Positions 12,791 through 25,822 of a stretch of DNA of 64,000 nucleotides are shown piece after piece (the stretch's first letter is position 1; each line of letters begins with the position of its first letter). Position numbers and translations under genes: made by a program. The DNA is from Vicugna vicugna (Eukaryota), in the NCBI GenBank assembly GCA_013265495.1, contig MU058221.1, forward strand, positions 3,410,001 to 3,474,000, in the 5' to 3' direction. The notes under the pieces were generated by a model. The model saw nothing but the letters and a program-made list of their open reading frames with translations. It was not told where the DNA came from and did not search any database.

Positions 12791-13285
12791 GCAACGGACC
12801 CGCCCGCGCACGCGCCGTGGCTGCAGGAGCGCGCGGCCCTTCCCGCCGCCGGCAGCGCGGAAAGCGCCCCGGGGCTTTGCTGCGGACCCCTGCAGAGGCG
12901 GAGACCCGAGTCAGTCGGCCCTGGCCCGGAGGCTGGACCAGCTGCCCACGAAAACCTCATTTCACAGCTCACGGGCGCCGTTGCCTTCATGCCCAAGGGC
13001 CGCCTCGGGCACAGGGACGCCGAAGCCGGGCACCGGCCCCAGCACGGAGGGGTAGGCACCCGCATCCTCCATGTGGCCGACCCTGGGCTGAGCAAGTTCT
13101 GCCGAGGCAAAGCGGGCAGTCAGGACAGCAAAAAGGGGAATGTGGGTAAATGCTGGCGGCCCCCCGCCTGCGGCTCGGACTTCTGTGCAGCCCCCCGAGG
13201 GCTGGCGGAGGGTGCGGTGGTGCGGGTGCTACACAGCCAAGGCTGACATCCTTGTGCTGGGCATTTCTCGCCTGGGCAGTGATAG

Positions 13286-13459
<174 letters not shown>

Positions 13460-13987
13460 TAACCCGGGGACCTGCCTGATGCCCTCGAACTTGCGGCCAC
13501 AATGGACCAGGCCCCATGTGCTGCTTAAAATTCAGGACAGATCATCTCGGGTGTCTTCATACTAGGTGAGCGTACTTTTTGTTTCGCATACACACTTCCT
13601 GGGTTGTGTTCCTCGTCCCGGGCCTGGAGCGGGCCCTGTGGAGTTGGGAGGAGCTGGACAGGTGAAGAGAAGAGGTTCTTGTTATCGAGAGTGCCCCTAA
13701 AGCTCAATGAGGAGCTATCTGGGATTATTTTTGTATGAATCGGAAAAGCTAGATAAGTGTCCTGAATGATGACTGCAGTTGGGCTGAGTCTCTTAAGTTC
13801 ATTGGAAACACCTTATCTCACAGTCACTTAATAAGCACATACTGTAGAACATGCCGGAAAAAAAAAAAAAGGTTAGTTCATCTGACTTGAAGGACAAATT
13901 TTACATTTAAATGATCCTGTATTATTATCCTCTTTAAATGGAAGTTGGTACTTCGTGGTTTCCTTCGCTTGCATAGCTTGTTAAAGC

Positions 13988-15358
13988 ATGTTTCTACATC
14001 TCCACCAACAGTGCATGAAGATTCTCTTTTCTCCACACCCTCGCCGACACGTACCCCCCGTCTGTTTCATAACAGACAGGCTAACAGGTGTGAGGTGTTA
14101 TCTCCGGGTTTTGATTTGCTTTTCCCCAATTGCTACTTTTGCTGAGCACCTTTTCATGTCCCTGTAAGCCATTTGTATGTTATTTTTGCAAAAATGCCTA
14201 TTCAAATTCTCCGTCCGTATTTTAAATTGTATTACTTTATTTATTTATTTGTTTGTTATCGATTTGTATGAATTCCTTATACTGGATACACGCAAATGTT
14301 CCCTCCCACTCAGTGGACTGCCTCTTAATTCTGTGGATTGTTTACTTTGCTTTGCAGAAGCCTTTTAGTTTGATACAGTCCCCTTCCTTATTTTTGCTTT
14401 GGTTGCTTGCTTTTGGTGTCATATCCAGAAAAGTTATTGCTGACATCAGTGCTAAGAGCTTTTTTCCTGTGTCTTCTTCTAGGAGTTTTACAGTTTCAGT
14501 TTTTACATTTAAGTCTTTCGTCCATTTTGAGTTACTTTTTATGAGCGACGTTAAGATAGTGGTCTATTTCATTCTACATGTGATTATCCAGTTTTGCCAA
14601 CACCATTTATCGACGGGACCAGCCTTTCCTTACTGTATATTCTTGGCTCCTTTGTGAAAAATTAATTGACCATATATGCATAGGTTTATTTTTAGGGTCT
14701 CAATCTGTTCTGGTATGTGTGCCTGTTTTTATGCCAGTACCGTACTATTTTGATTACTCCAGGTCTCCATGGTATCTGGGTCCGGAGGGCAGACCCAGCT
14801 GTTGGTGCTGGCTAGGAGCTGGTTCTTGAGAGCCAGCCTGGACCTTGAGGCCACTGGCAACAGCCCAGCTCTGGGATGGGCCTGGAGCCTGGGTCCACAG
14901 GGACTGGCCTAGCATTGAGACAGAGGGGGATCCTGTGTCTGTGAGAGCTGGTCTGGAGGCTGGATCCATGTACTGAGGCAGGCTATGAGCCGAGGACCAT
15001 AGGAGACCACGTGGGACTGGGGCAAGGGGGCCTGCCTGGTGCTAGTGTGGGCTGGGAGCCGGGCATCTCAGGAGCCAGTGGTGCTGGTGTGCTGGGGTCC
15101 CTGCTGTGAGATCGAGGAAGGTGTCTCTCTCCACGCTGGGCTGACTGGGTCTGGAGCAGGGGGTCACAAGAGTCATGTGAAACTGTCTTTCCTACTTTCT
15201 TTCATGTGTCCTTTCTTATTTCTGTGCTCCACCCAAGTGCTGTAATCCCTGTAAACTCCTTTGCTCCTGTGAAGGCATTTTCCTGGGCAGAGATTTGTTC
15301 ATTGTTTCTGGGAGGCGACAAGTACTGAAAATTCCTATACCACTATCTTGCTGACCCC
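13988..15358 (-). mobile_element. L1 (L1MA/L1M2-like) with 5' UTR joined directly to distal ORF2
   Basis: 13988-14756 is ORF2 3' region in reverse; 14757-15358 is GC-rich L1 5'UTR-like sequence ending cctataccactatcttgctgac (reverse complement of an L1 5' start). Confidence 0.75.
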
Positions 15359-16809
15359 AGAAATATTTTTTTCCCAGCCAGACCATGAACTCATTCACAT
15401 TGCCTTTGTCCCTTCCTGTTTTTTTTTTTTTTTAATGCTGGGAGCATCTTATATACTTAGATACACATTTTAACATTTATGCCTCTCCCCCATGTGCAGT
15501 GTCTACACAGCAGAAAACACTGTATTAAATTGATCCTAGTATCAGTTCAAAAAAGATTGATATATAATATTCAAGCACAGTAGGGATTTCAGATTATTAA
15601 CACGTGACACCACTTGATAGCTAGTTGGGGAAAGAGGAGGGCTGATGAGAAATAAATACTGAAGCATGAAGCTTTAACTTGATTAAAAAATGCTCAATAG
15701 AAATTCTTAAGTAGCTACAAACCAATGAAAGCTATTCTTGATTATTTATAATGTCAGCCTCAACTCCCTGTATGATACATTTTAAGTATGTAACTGCTGT
15801 TTGGTAGAGCATATGATTTAGGTAAAACCAATATCCTTTAGGCATTAATAGCTATGCCTCCCTTTCTCTGGCTCCATGAAACATCTTTCAAACTTCAGCG
15901 ATGCTACGTCCATAATCCCCTTCATCTCCTTCATAATTCTGTAAACTTTGATATTTCCTCTTCCCATAATGGGTAGTAAATTTTCAGTCTGTTCTAAGCA
16001 AAAACCAGTCCAGTCTTCATCATTACAGTAACTTCAGACCAGAATTCTCCATTTCCACATGTGTTTCCTACAGTCTTGCACAGACCCTAAGACTGGCAGA
16101 TTCAGTGACAAGTGTCCTTAGAAACTCCTTTGTTTTGAACAACAATTAAAAAAATCATGAATTGTATCTATACCATGTCATGTGGTTGATGATGAAGGTT
16201 GGACTGAATTCTGAGGCTCTGGAGAGAACCTCCTTTCTCTTCCCTGCCTTAGATTGGTTGGAATTATGATGAGATCAGAGTAAACATTAAATCAGAACAT
16301 TCTTCAGTTCAGCTCTCTGTTTTCCAGGAATAACTTTTTTCTTGAAGAAACAGTGCTACTCTGGATTCTGCACCCAGATGGCAATGCAAAATGAGGACTT
16401 GTCTGATAATCTCAGAAGCTTCCCAAACGTTTGTTTCGAGTACTAAGAAATAAAGTTTGTCGGGTGGAACATGTGGTGGGGGAGAAGGCACAGGCAGCTT
16501 TTCTAAATTGATTCTCACTTGCATAAGACAAATTGGTTTGCCATGTGATGTTTCAAACCATTCAGTGATTTTAATAAAGCACTTATTTCCATTACTGAAA
16601 AAGGATTGCTTACCATGCTGGGATCCTGTGTGTGTAATCTCCTCTAATTACCCTTCTCCTTCTGGATTTAGGTGTTAAGAACACACAGAGGCATTATATT
16701 GTTAATTTAGAAGTCAGTTCTTAAAGGTTTTAAATGAAAAAATCCCTCCGCTATCTTGGTTTGGATGACCCCATATATCTCCTAGTGTGGCCCCCAAAAG
16801 CCCATCTCC

Positions 16810-17229
16810 TGTAAGAGGAACGATCAAATTATCAAATTCCATAGACTCTGTGAGATTAACATACATGACAGTATTTATTTTGAAGGGGCAAAACCTCCAA
16901 AGGGACCAGCAAGACCTCCCAGGCAGGGCCATTGCCTTCCTGCTTTTGCGCTTCTGTAAAACCTCTTGCTTCTAGGAAAATGAAACTTACCCCTAAGATT
17001 CCATTGGTTCCCGAAAGCTCACTCCTGATTGGTCCATTTCTAACACCTCATTTGCATATGGTGCAAACTTAATTGAAACCCAAAACCCTATAGAAGCCTG
17101 TGTAAACCTACAGATGGGGTTCAGAGCTTGGAATGTTAACTCCTCTGAGCCCGCCAGCATCATAAACCTGAGTTCTCCAACCCTCCGAGTGTCAATTTGA
17201 CTCTCAATGGGATTCAGGTTGCTGTAACA
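16810..17229 (+). mobile_element. Solo ERV LTR (class I-like)
   Basis: TGTAAG...TAACA termini; inverted CCAAT x2, octamer, TATA-like tatagaa 17089-17095, poly(A)-signal-like cataaa 17161-17166; no clear TSD. Confidence 0.7.
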
Positions 17230-17659
17230 ATTTGTGCTTATGAGAAGACAGGTTTGATATCTAAATAGCCAAAAACAGTATGTCCTACATCTCTGGCTTT
17301 AAATAATTACTGCAACCCCAGGGTGAATCTGTCTTCATCTCCGACTCCTTTTTAAATTTTTTTTTAGTTATAAGACTAAGTCATTAGAGTCTTACTATCT
17401 GTCTGATGGTATCAAATTGTTTCTTGTTCAAATACAATATGGGTAGCTATGCCCAGCAGGACACATTCTTTCTTTGAAAAGAAATTATAAATGTGATGGT
17501 TGTTGAATCTGAACTCTCAAACTCAAAGAACCCAAGTAAATGCCAGAGAGACAGTAGAAGGTTGGGTGATTTGAGTTGAGCAATGATAGGGATATTTGAT
17601 TAGAAAGGAAATGGCATTCATATGCAATGATGTACTTCTATGATTGGGTGATGGTAGTA

Positions 17660-18092
17660 TGTGTGTGACATATTAGATTATTATGTAGCAATTATCCTTC
17701 ACCTTCCGGTTAACCACAGTGGAAGGTGTACTTTCCTTTGCCTTCAATTTTGGGCTTTGCCAGTAACTTACTTTAGCCGATGGGATGTGCCGCAAAGAGA
17801 AGCTCCAAATGGCTGTGTGGCTGAGCTTAATTTTTCAAGTTCCTGCATTTTACCTTAAAAAGAATATGCTTCAAGTAAGGGCTGGTCTAACAAGGACAAG
17901 AGTTACATAAAGCAGACTGTAATCCAACATGCAACTCGGAACCGAGCAAAGTTGAATTCTGCTTTAATCAGTCATATTCTAGTTTTGACCCACAGACACA
18001 TGAATGAAATGAGTATTATTGTATGTAGCGCTAAATTTTTGTAGAGTTCTTACTATGCAGCATTATTGTGAAAATAGCTAATTTGATGTACA
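17660..18092 (+). mobile_element. MLT1I/J-like MaLR LTR
   Basis: tgggctttgccagtaacttactttagccgatgggatgtg and 3' end atgcagcattattgtgaaaatagctaatttgatgtaca. Confidence 0.65.
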
Positions 18093-18889
18093 TGTGTTTA
18101 TTTTTAAACTCCTTCTTCCAATAGGAATTTTTGCTAACTGATGATAGTAGCCATTGTGAGCCTCAACTATAAGTCAGATAATAATCAATATTCAAATTCT
18201 TGCTCCTCTGATAACTACTTTCTGTAGGACTTTGGAGCTTAACCTACATAAGGACAGAGTTCTGATGCACAAAATTCTGACAGGGATATCTACCCCACGG
18301 AGTTTTTGTATATTGAGTATGACAGTATATTTCAGCTGGGAAGAAACCATCAGAAACATAGGATGTGATGCATGCTAGTCATTCTTATCATGTTAATTAC
18401 TTTATTTAACTGCTGAGTACATAGCATATGGAACTAAAATGGACTGATTTTAATATAGCACTGCATTGGATGCCAGATGCTTTGAACTGTCAGTTACCTA
18501 TCTACTGAGTGAGCCATTTGTGTGCAAAATACATTGATCAATACAGAACTTCAATTGCAAGAATAAGGCCCAGGAGGGTTTAATATGCATTAAAGACCAC
18601 TTCTAGCAAATTCAGTTACTTTACATAGCAGCAGACATGCCAGATCAGGCCATTTTTGCTGTCATAAAATTTAGACACCAAGTCCCTTTGCTAGAATAGT
18701 AAGTGACATCACCATATCTCAAGCATAGATGATGCACTGGAAGTATATTTGACGTATGTACTTTTTTTCTTATTAGAAGAGGTGAATCGGTATTTAAATA
18801 TTCTCCGTTTGGCTGTTTGTTAATAACGTTAAATGGATAATCTATAATATTTTGACTAGTCTTATGGGGTTTCTATTACTAAAATTACT

Positions 18890-21835
18890 GAACTCTCTCC
18901 ATAAAATTGCCTTTGCTCTTTTGTCAGAGATAAGTTGATTATACTTGTGTGAGTCTATTTCTGCCCTCCTCCCCATTTCGTTCTGTTGGTCTATTTGTCT
19001 CTTTTTTCACTATTGCCACAAGGGCTTGATCACTGTAGCTTAATAGTAAGTCGTGAATTCATGCAGTCAGCATTGTCTTGGCTTTTCTGGGTTTTTGCTT
19101 TTCCAAATAAGCTTAGGAATTAGTTTATTGATATCCAAGAAAAACACTTGCTAAGATTTTGATTGGGATTGTACTGAATCTGTGCCTCAAGTTAGGAAGA
19201 ATAGAATCCTATCAATGTGTCTGTATCCATGATCAGGGAATATTTCTCCATTTACTTAGCTCTTTGATTTATTTCATCAGAGTTTTGTTGTTTTTCCTCA
19301 GATAGATCTGTGATTTGTACATAGATTGTTAAGAGACATAGCCCCTATTTCAATTTTTGGCTATTGCTAATGCAAACAGTGTTGTGTTTTTAATTCCAAA
19401 TTCTGATTATTCATTGCTGCCATATAAGAAACAAGTTGGCTTTCTATATTGACCTTATATCCTACAACTATGCTATAGTTGCTTATCAGCTCCAGGAGGT
19501 ATTTTTGTTTGTGTGTGTGTGTGAATTCTTTGGGACTTTTTTTTTTTACGTAAGCGATTATACCATCTATGAAGGAGTCATTTCTTCCTTCCCAGTCTCT
19601 ATACCTTTAATTTCCTTTACCTGTCTTACTGAAATAGCTCGGATTATAAGGGGAAAACAAACAGTTTCTTGCCATTAAGTATGATGTTAGCTCCAGGACT
19701 GTTTTGTGGATGCTCTTATCTGGTTAAAGAAATTCCTTCCATTCCTGACATGCTGAAAGATTTTACCAGGAGTAAATGTTTATTTTGTCAGAGGCTTTTT
19801 CTGCGTCACTGATATCATCACGTAGTTTTTCATATTTAGCCTGTTGATATGAGGGTTTATGTAAATTGATTTTTGAACGTGAAACCAGCTTTGCATACCT
19901 GAAATGAACTCCACTTGGACATGGTGATATTTCCCACGTATTGTTGGATTCGCTAATATTTTTTGATGATGTTTACATCTATGTATATGAGAGGCATTGG
20001 TCTATAAACTTCCTCCCTAGCAATGTCCTTGTTTGGATCTGGTACTCAAGTCATGGTGGTCCCGTGGAACATGTTATGAAGTATCGCCTCTGCTTCTATT
20101 TTCTGGACAATGGTAGAGACTTGGTATTGTTCTGCAAGTGTTTGGTTTCTACCACAGTGAAACCATTGGGGCCTGGTTCTTTGTTTTTCAAAGATTCTTC
20201 CTTGCAACTTCAATTTCTTTAATAAATATAGGCCTATTTGAATTATCTGTTTTTTCTTGTGTTCATTTTGGTGGATCATATCTTTCAAGGAATTGGTCCA
20301 TTTCATCTAATTTATCAAATTTTGGGGCAGAGAGTTGTTCATAATATCCCTTTATTATCATTTTAATGACCATGAAGTAATTTGTGTTGGCCCCAGTTTC
20401 ATTTCTGATAATTCATGTCTTCTTTTTTTTCCCCCCCTATTTAGCTTGGCTGGAGTTTTACAGAGTCTATTTCTTTTCTACGACCAGCTTTTGGTTTCAT
20501 TGGTTTTCTCTATTATGTTTCTCCTTGCAGTTTCATTGATTTCTATTCTGATTTTTATTATTTTTTTCTGCTTACTGTAGATTCAATTTGCTCTACGTTT
20601 TCAGGTTTCTTAATGTTGAAGTTTAGATGATTGGTTAGAGATTTTCATTTTTTATGATACATATTTAATATTGTAAATTTCTCTCTAATTTCTACTTTGA
20701 CTGCATCACACAAAATTTGAGAAATTGTATTTTCATTTTTATTGAGTTCAGAACGCTTTAAAAAAATTTCCTTGATGCTTCTTCCTTTTCCCATGTACTA
20801 CTGTTTAATATCCAAATATTTTGAGATTTTCCAGCGTTATTCTGTTACAGATTTTTAGTTTAATTCTATTGTCACCTGAGAATATACCTATGATTTCTTT
20901 TAAATATGTTAAGATGTGTTTTATGATTCAGGATGTAGTCTGTTTTGAGGAATGTTTCATGTGGGCCTATGAAAAACATGTCATTTGATGTGGTTGGATG
21001 AAGCATCTTGTAAGTGTCAATTAGATTCAGTTGATTGATGGTGCTGTTCATTTCAAGTATATACTTAATGATTTTCTGCTCTGGGATCTGTCAGTTGCTG
21101 ATATTAGGGCTTAAAGTCTCCAACTATAATAGTAGATTGATCTGTTTCTCCTTTCAGGTCTATCTGTTTTTCCCTCACTCATCTTGCTGGACAGTTGTGA
21201 GTGCACACACACTAAGAATCATATGCCTGCTTGAAGAATTGACCCCTTTATCCTTACGTGATGCCTTCTTTATATCTGATCATTTTTCTTATGCTAAACT
21301 CCGCTTTGTCAGAACTGATGTAACTATTCCTGATTTCTTTTGGTTAGTGTCAGCATAGTATATTTATATGTAGTATATTTATACATAGTATATGGTAGTA
21401 TATTAGTGTGTATATGGTACATACAGTATATTCATCCTTTTATTTTCTGTCTGTTTATAATTAAAGTAGATTTCTTATAAATAGCACATGCTCGCTTTTT
21501 TGTTTGTTTTGTTTTGGTAACCCATTCTGTATGTATATTAAGACCATTTATTTTTAGCATAATTACAGATAAAGTGGCTTTAATATTTGCTGTGTTTGTT
21601 ACTAGAATTTGTTACCATGTCTTTGTTTCTTGTTTGGTCTCTTAGTCCTTTATTTTCCCCCTGCATTCTCTGTTCTTAATTGAGCGTTTTCTATGATTCA
21701 CATTTCTCACCTCTCTTAGCATATTAATTATATATCTCTTAAAATTTTACTAGTGCTTGTCCTAGAGTTTGCAGTAAACATTTACAACCAATCTAGGTCT
21801 ACTTTCAGATAAAACTGTTCCACTTCATGGGCTAG
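18890..21835 (-). mobile_element. Old L1 (L1M-type), ORF2 region, decayed
   Basis: Minus-strand remnants such as MKWTNSLK (20046-20306) in the ORF track; typical T-rich antisense L1 sequence. Confidence 0.9.
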
Positions 21836-22071
21836 TTCAGGGACTATTTCAAAGATGTAAAAGCTAAAACGGAACCCAGAGAATCACTAAAGGAAATGCA
21901 TAAAACCAAGAGCTGATTGTTTGAGAAGATCAATAAAATTTAGAAATTTCCTTTCTTACTGACCAGTGAAAAATGAGTGAAAAACATGAATTAATAACAT
22001 CTGGAATTGCAGAAGAGCATCACTGCAGAATCCACAGATATGAAAAAGAAAATAAAAATCTAATGTACATT

Positions 22072-22228
22072 GAGGGGGTGAGGTATAGCTTGGTGATAAA
22101 GTGCCTGCTTAGCATGCACAAGTCCTGGGTTCCTTCCCCAATGCCACCCCTAAAAATAAATAAATAAGCCTCTCCCCCAAAAATAAAATTAAAAAAATAA
22201 AAACAGTTAAAATTTAAAAAAAAATTTT
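22072..22228 (+). mobile_element. tRNA-Ala-derived SINE, older diverged copy inserted in L1
   Basis: ggtatagcttggtgataaagtgcctgcttagcatgcacaagtcctgggttcc plus tail aataaataaataagcctctccccc plus A-rich tail; degraded TSD aaaatctaatgtacat / aaaagtttagtgtaaat. Confidence 0.8.
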
Positions 22229-22654
22229 AAAAGTTTAGTGTAAATGAATCACACCAATAAATTCAACTACTTAGATAAAACAGACAAATTCCTTGAAACC
22301 TTACTCAAGAAGAAATAGCCTAAATCGTCCCATAACTTTTTAAGAATCAAATATTGATAAAAGCAGAACAACAAGAACAACAGAAAAACACCATTTCACA
22401 CAAAGAATACACCAGACTCGGATGGCTTCACTGGGGAATTCTACCGCGGTTTAAGGAAGAATAGTGACATTTCCATAATAAGTCTTACAGAAAATTAAGG
22501 AAAAGTGAATACTTCTAAATCTGTGAAGCCAGCAGTACCTTGACACCAAAACCAGTATGAAACAAAATACAACAAAAAAGTTCAGTCTCATAATTCCTCA
22601 TGGACATAGATTTTTATAACTGCTGTGTCTAACAATGTATAAGGATGGTAGGAC

Positions 22655-23104
22655 TGTGATGTTCAACATGTGTGGGCTGAGATAGGCCCTGGTACCATTG
22701 TTCAGTCGAACATGTGGTCTGGATGTTGCTGTGAAGCTCTTTGGCAGATATGCATAAAGTCTATGATCAGTTGACTCTAGGGAAATTGCTCTTGAATTAC
22801 TCTTAAGCCTTACCCAATAAGCTGAAGGCCTTAAGAACAAAAACTGAGGCTTCCCAAAGTTGAAGGAATTCTCCATCACATCTGTAACCTCTGATCCTCC
22901 CTGAGTTCCCTGACTGCTGGGCTGCCCTGTGGATTCTCAGACCCACCAGCCTCACAATTCTGGGGGAAACCAATTCCTTAAAATCCTTCTCTCTCTGTCT
23001 CAGTAGATAAAAAAGTAGATATAGATAAATCAATAGATATGTACAGACATGGAGACGTATGTATTTGGTCAGTTCTGTTTCTCGGGAGAGCCCTGACTAA
23101 AACA
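22655..23104 (+). mobile_element. MLT2D-like solo ERVL LTR inserted in L1
   Basis: TGTGAT...ctgactaaaaCA termini; ggatgttgctgtgaag, gaaggccttaagaacaaaaactgagg; flanks aggac/atgac. Confidence 0.85.
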
Positions 23105-23730
23105 ATGACTTATTAGGGTTCATCACAAAAATGCAAGATTGACATAACATTTGAAAATCAAGAGACAAAATTCCTGTATTAACAAACTAAAAAGGGAAAG
23201 TCATATTATCATCTCAGTAAACATACTCATATACACACACATTTGAGAAAATCCAAAATTCAGAAAGAAAAACATGCTGAGCAAATTGCAAGTAGAAAAA
23301 AAAAAAACCAGCAACAAATAACCAAGTATCTGTTGCAAGGCTATTAAAGGGCATATGCAAAAACATGATAAAACAAAGCTAACCTATGGCTATTCAGTTG
23401 GGAATGATTGCATTCCTTTTTCCTAAGATCAGGAACAAGACACAAATGTCCATTCTCAATTCTGTTCATTATTTTACTAGTAAAGCAAGTAAAGGAAATA
23501 CAAGGTTTCAAATGGGAAAGGAGGAAGTACAGTTGCTTTAAATTTAGATTTGATAGGCTGATCTATGCAGAAAATCTTACAGATTCTACAAAAAGAAAAC
23601 AAAACATACGATTTAAGGAAGATTAGCAAGCTTGCAAGATTCAAGATCAATATACAAAAAATCAGTCAGATTTCTATAGAAGAATACAAATTTGGAATTA
23701 AAAAGAAAACAATACTATTTCCAAAAAAAA

Positions 23731-23858
23731 TGTAAGTATGTATGGTGATGGATGTCAGCTAGACTTACTGTGGTGACCATTGCTCAACATTTGCAAGTAT
23801 TATAAATCTTGTACACCTGAGACTAGTAAAATATCCATTGCACATCAACTTAAAAAAG
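23731..23858 (+). mobile_element. Short L1 3'-end fragment
   Basis: tatggtgatggatgtcagctagacttactgtggtgaccat...tgtacacctgagactag, A-rich end. Confidence 0.65.
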
Positions 23859-24897
23859 ATTTGAAGAAAATAAAATAATGCTATTTAGAATTAGAGCAAA
23901 AATATAAACTGGATAAATATGGCAAAATAAGTTTAAGATCTGTAAAATAAATACTATAAAATATCACTGAGATAAATTAGACGTAGTTAAATGTTGAAAA
24001 ATTCTACATTCGTGGATGAGTACAATTAAAATTAAAATATCATTTTCCCCAAGTTAATCTGTAGATTCAACCCAATCAAAATCCCAGAAGGCATTTATTG
24101 GGAAATTTACCAGTCAAATCTAAAATTCATGTGGAAATGAATTACATGAAAGACTAACACAACTCGATTTCAGAACTTATGATGCTACAGTAATTAAGAT
24201 GGTATCACATTGGTATAAAAGTAGACAAATAGACCTATTAAACAGAAGAAAAACGCAGAAATATCTCACATCGAAAAGAATGATTTTCAGCAAAGGAACA
24301 ATGACAATTCAGGGTAGAGAGGACAGTTTTCAACCAATGGTTCTGAAATAATTGGGTAATAATACCAAAAAACTTTATTTCACTCTTTACCTCACACAGC
24401 ACACAAAACTCAGAATGTATCACAGTCATATTTGTAAAAGCTAAGTATACAAGACAAAAATGTAGGAGAACATCTTTTGTGACCCAGGGTTAGCTTAAAG
24501 TTTCTTAGATGTAACACCAAACATATAATCTGTAATTTAAAAAATGACAAATTAGCTTTTGTCAAGTCAAAATTTTTAAGTATTTTTCAAAATATGTTAC
24601 TGAGATAACAAAAATGCAAGTCATAACCCATAAGAAAATATTTTCTAATTATTTATCTGATAAAATAATTGTACCCGACATATAAAAAGAAAACGCAGAG
24701 ATCATTTATAAGAAACACAGAAATACTTTGGATGCTTCTTAAAAAATTAAACACATACTTTCCACCAGCCATTCTACTTGTAGAAATTTACTGAAGGGAA
24801 ATTATGGCATATGTCCCGACCAAAAAGGGGACTCCAGAGTTCACACCAGTTTTATCTGCGATAGTCAAAAAGTGGACACAGCTCCAATTCCCATCAA

Positions 24898-25573
24898 CAT
24901 ATGACCCAGGAATCCCACTCCTGGTCTTGTATCCAGAAGGAAATCTACTTCAGGATGACACCTGCACCCCAATGTTCATAGCAGCACTATTTACAATAGC
25001 CAAAACATGGAAACAACCTAAATGTCCATCAACAGGTGACTGGATAAAGAAGATGTGGTATATTTATACAATGGAATACTACTCAGCCATAAAAACCGAC
25101 AACATAATGCCATTTGCAGCAACATGGGTGCTCCTGGAGAATGTCATTCTAAGTGAAGTAAGCCAGAAAGAGAAAGAAAAATACCATATGAGATTGCTCA
25201 TATGTGGAATCTAAAAAACAAAAACAAACAAGCAAACAAAAACAAAGCATAAATACAGGACAGAAATAGACTCACAGACAGAGAATACAGACTTGTGGTT
25301 ACCAGGGGGGTGTAAGGTGGGAAGGGACAGACTGGGATTTCAAAATTGTGGAATAGATAAACAAGATTACACTGTATAGCATAGGGAAATATACACAAAA
25401 TGTTATGATAACTCACAGAGAAAAAAATGTGACAGTGAGTGTGTATATGTCCATGAATGACTGAAAAATTGTGCTGAACACTGGAATTTGACACAACATT
25501 GTAAAATGATTATAAATCAATAAAAAATGTTTAAAAAAATAAAAATAAAAAATGAAAAAAATGTAAAAAAAAA
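24898..25573 (+). mobile_element. Young lineage L1, 5'-truncated (ORF2 C-terminus, 3' UTR, poly-A)
   Basis: Open frame YDPGIPLL...CTPMFIAALFTIAKTWKQPKCPS...SEVSQKEKEKYHMRLLICGI* ending at 25214; AATAAA near 25519 and an A-rich tail. Confidence 0.95.
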
Positions 25574-25715
25574 CCAGATGAATGGATAAACAAATAGTGG
25601 TATAGGAATACAACAGAATAAAACTCTGCAATATGTACTGATACTTGTAACAACATAGATGGATCTCAAAATAATTAGGCTGAAAGAAAGAAACCGGTTA
25701 AAATGGTGAACACCT

Positions 25716-25822
25716 AATGTGACAATGAACATAATGTATGTTCGTGTATAACTGAGAAATTGTGCTCTACACTGGAATTTGACACATTGTAAAATGATTA
25801 TAACTCAATAAAAATGTTTTTA
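25716..25822 (+). mobile_element. Very short young L1 3' tip
   Basis: Paralogous to 25426-25535; TSD aaaatggtgaacacct (25700-25715) / aaaaaggtgaacacct (25823-25838) at a TT|AAAA site. Confidence 0.9.
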
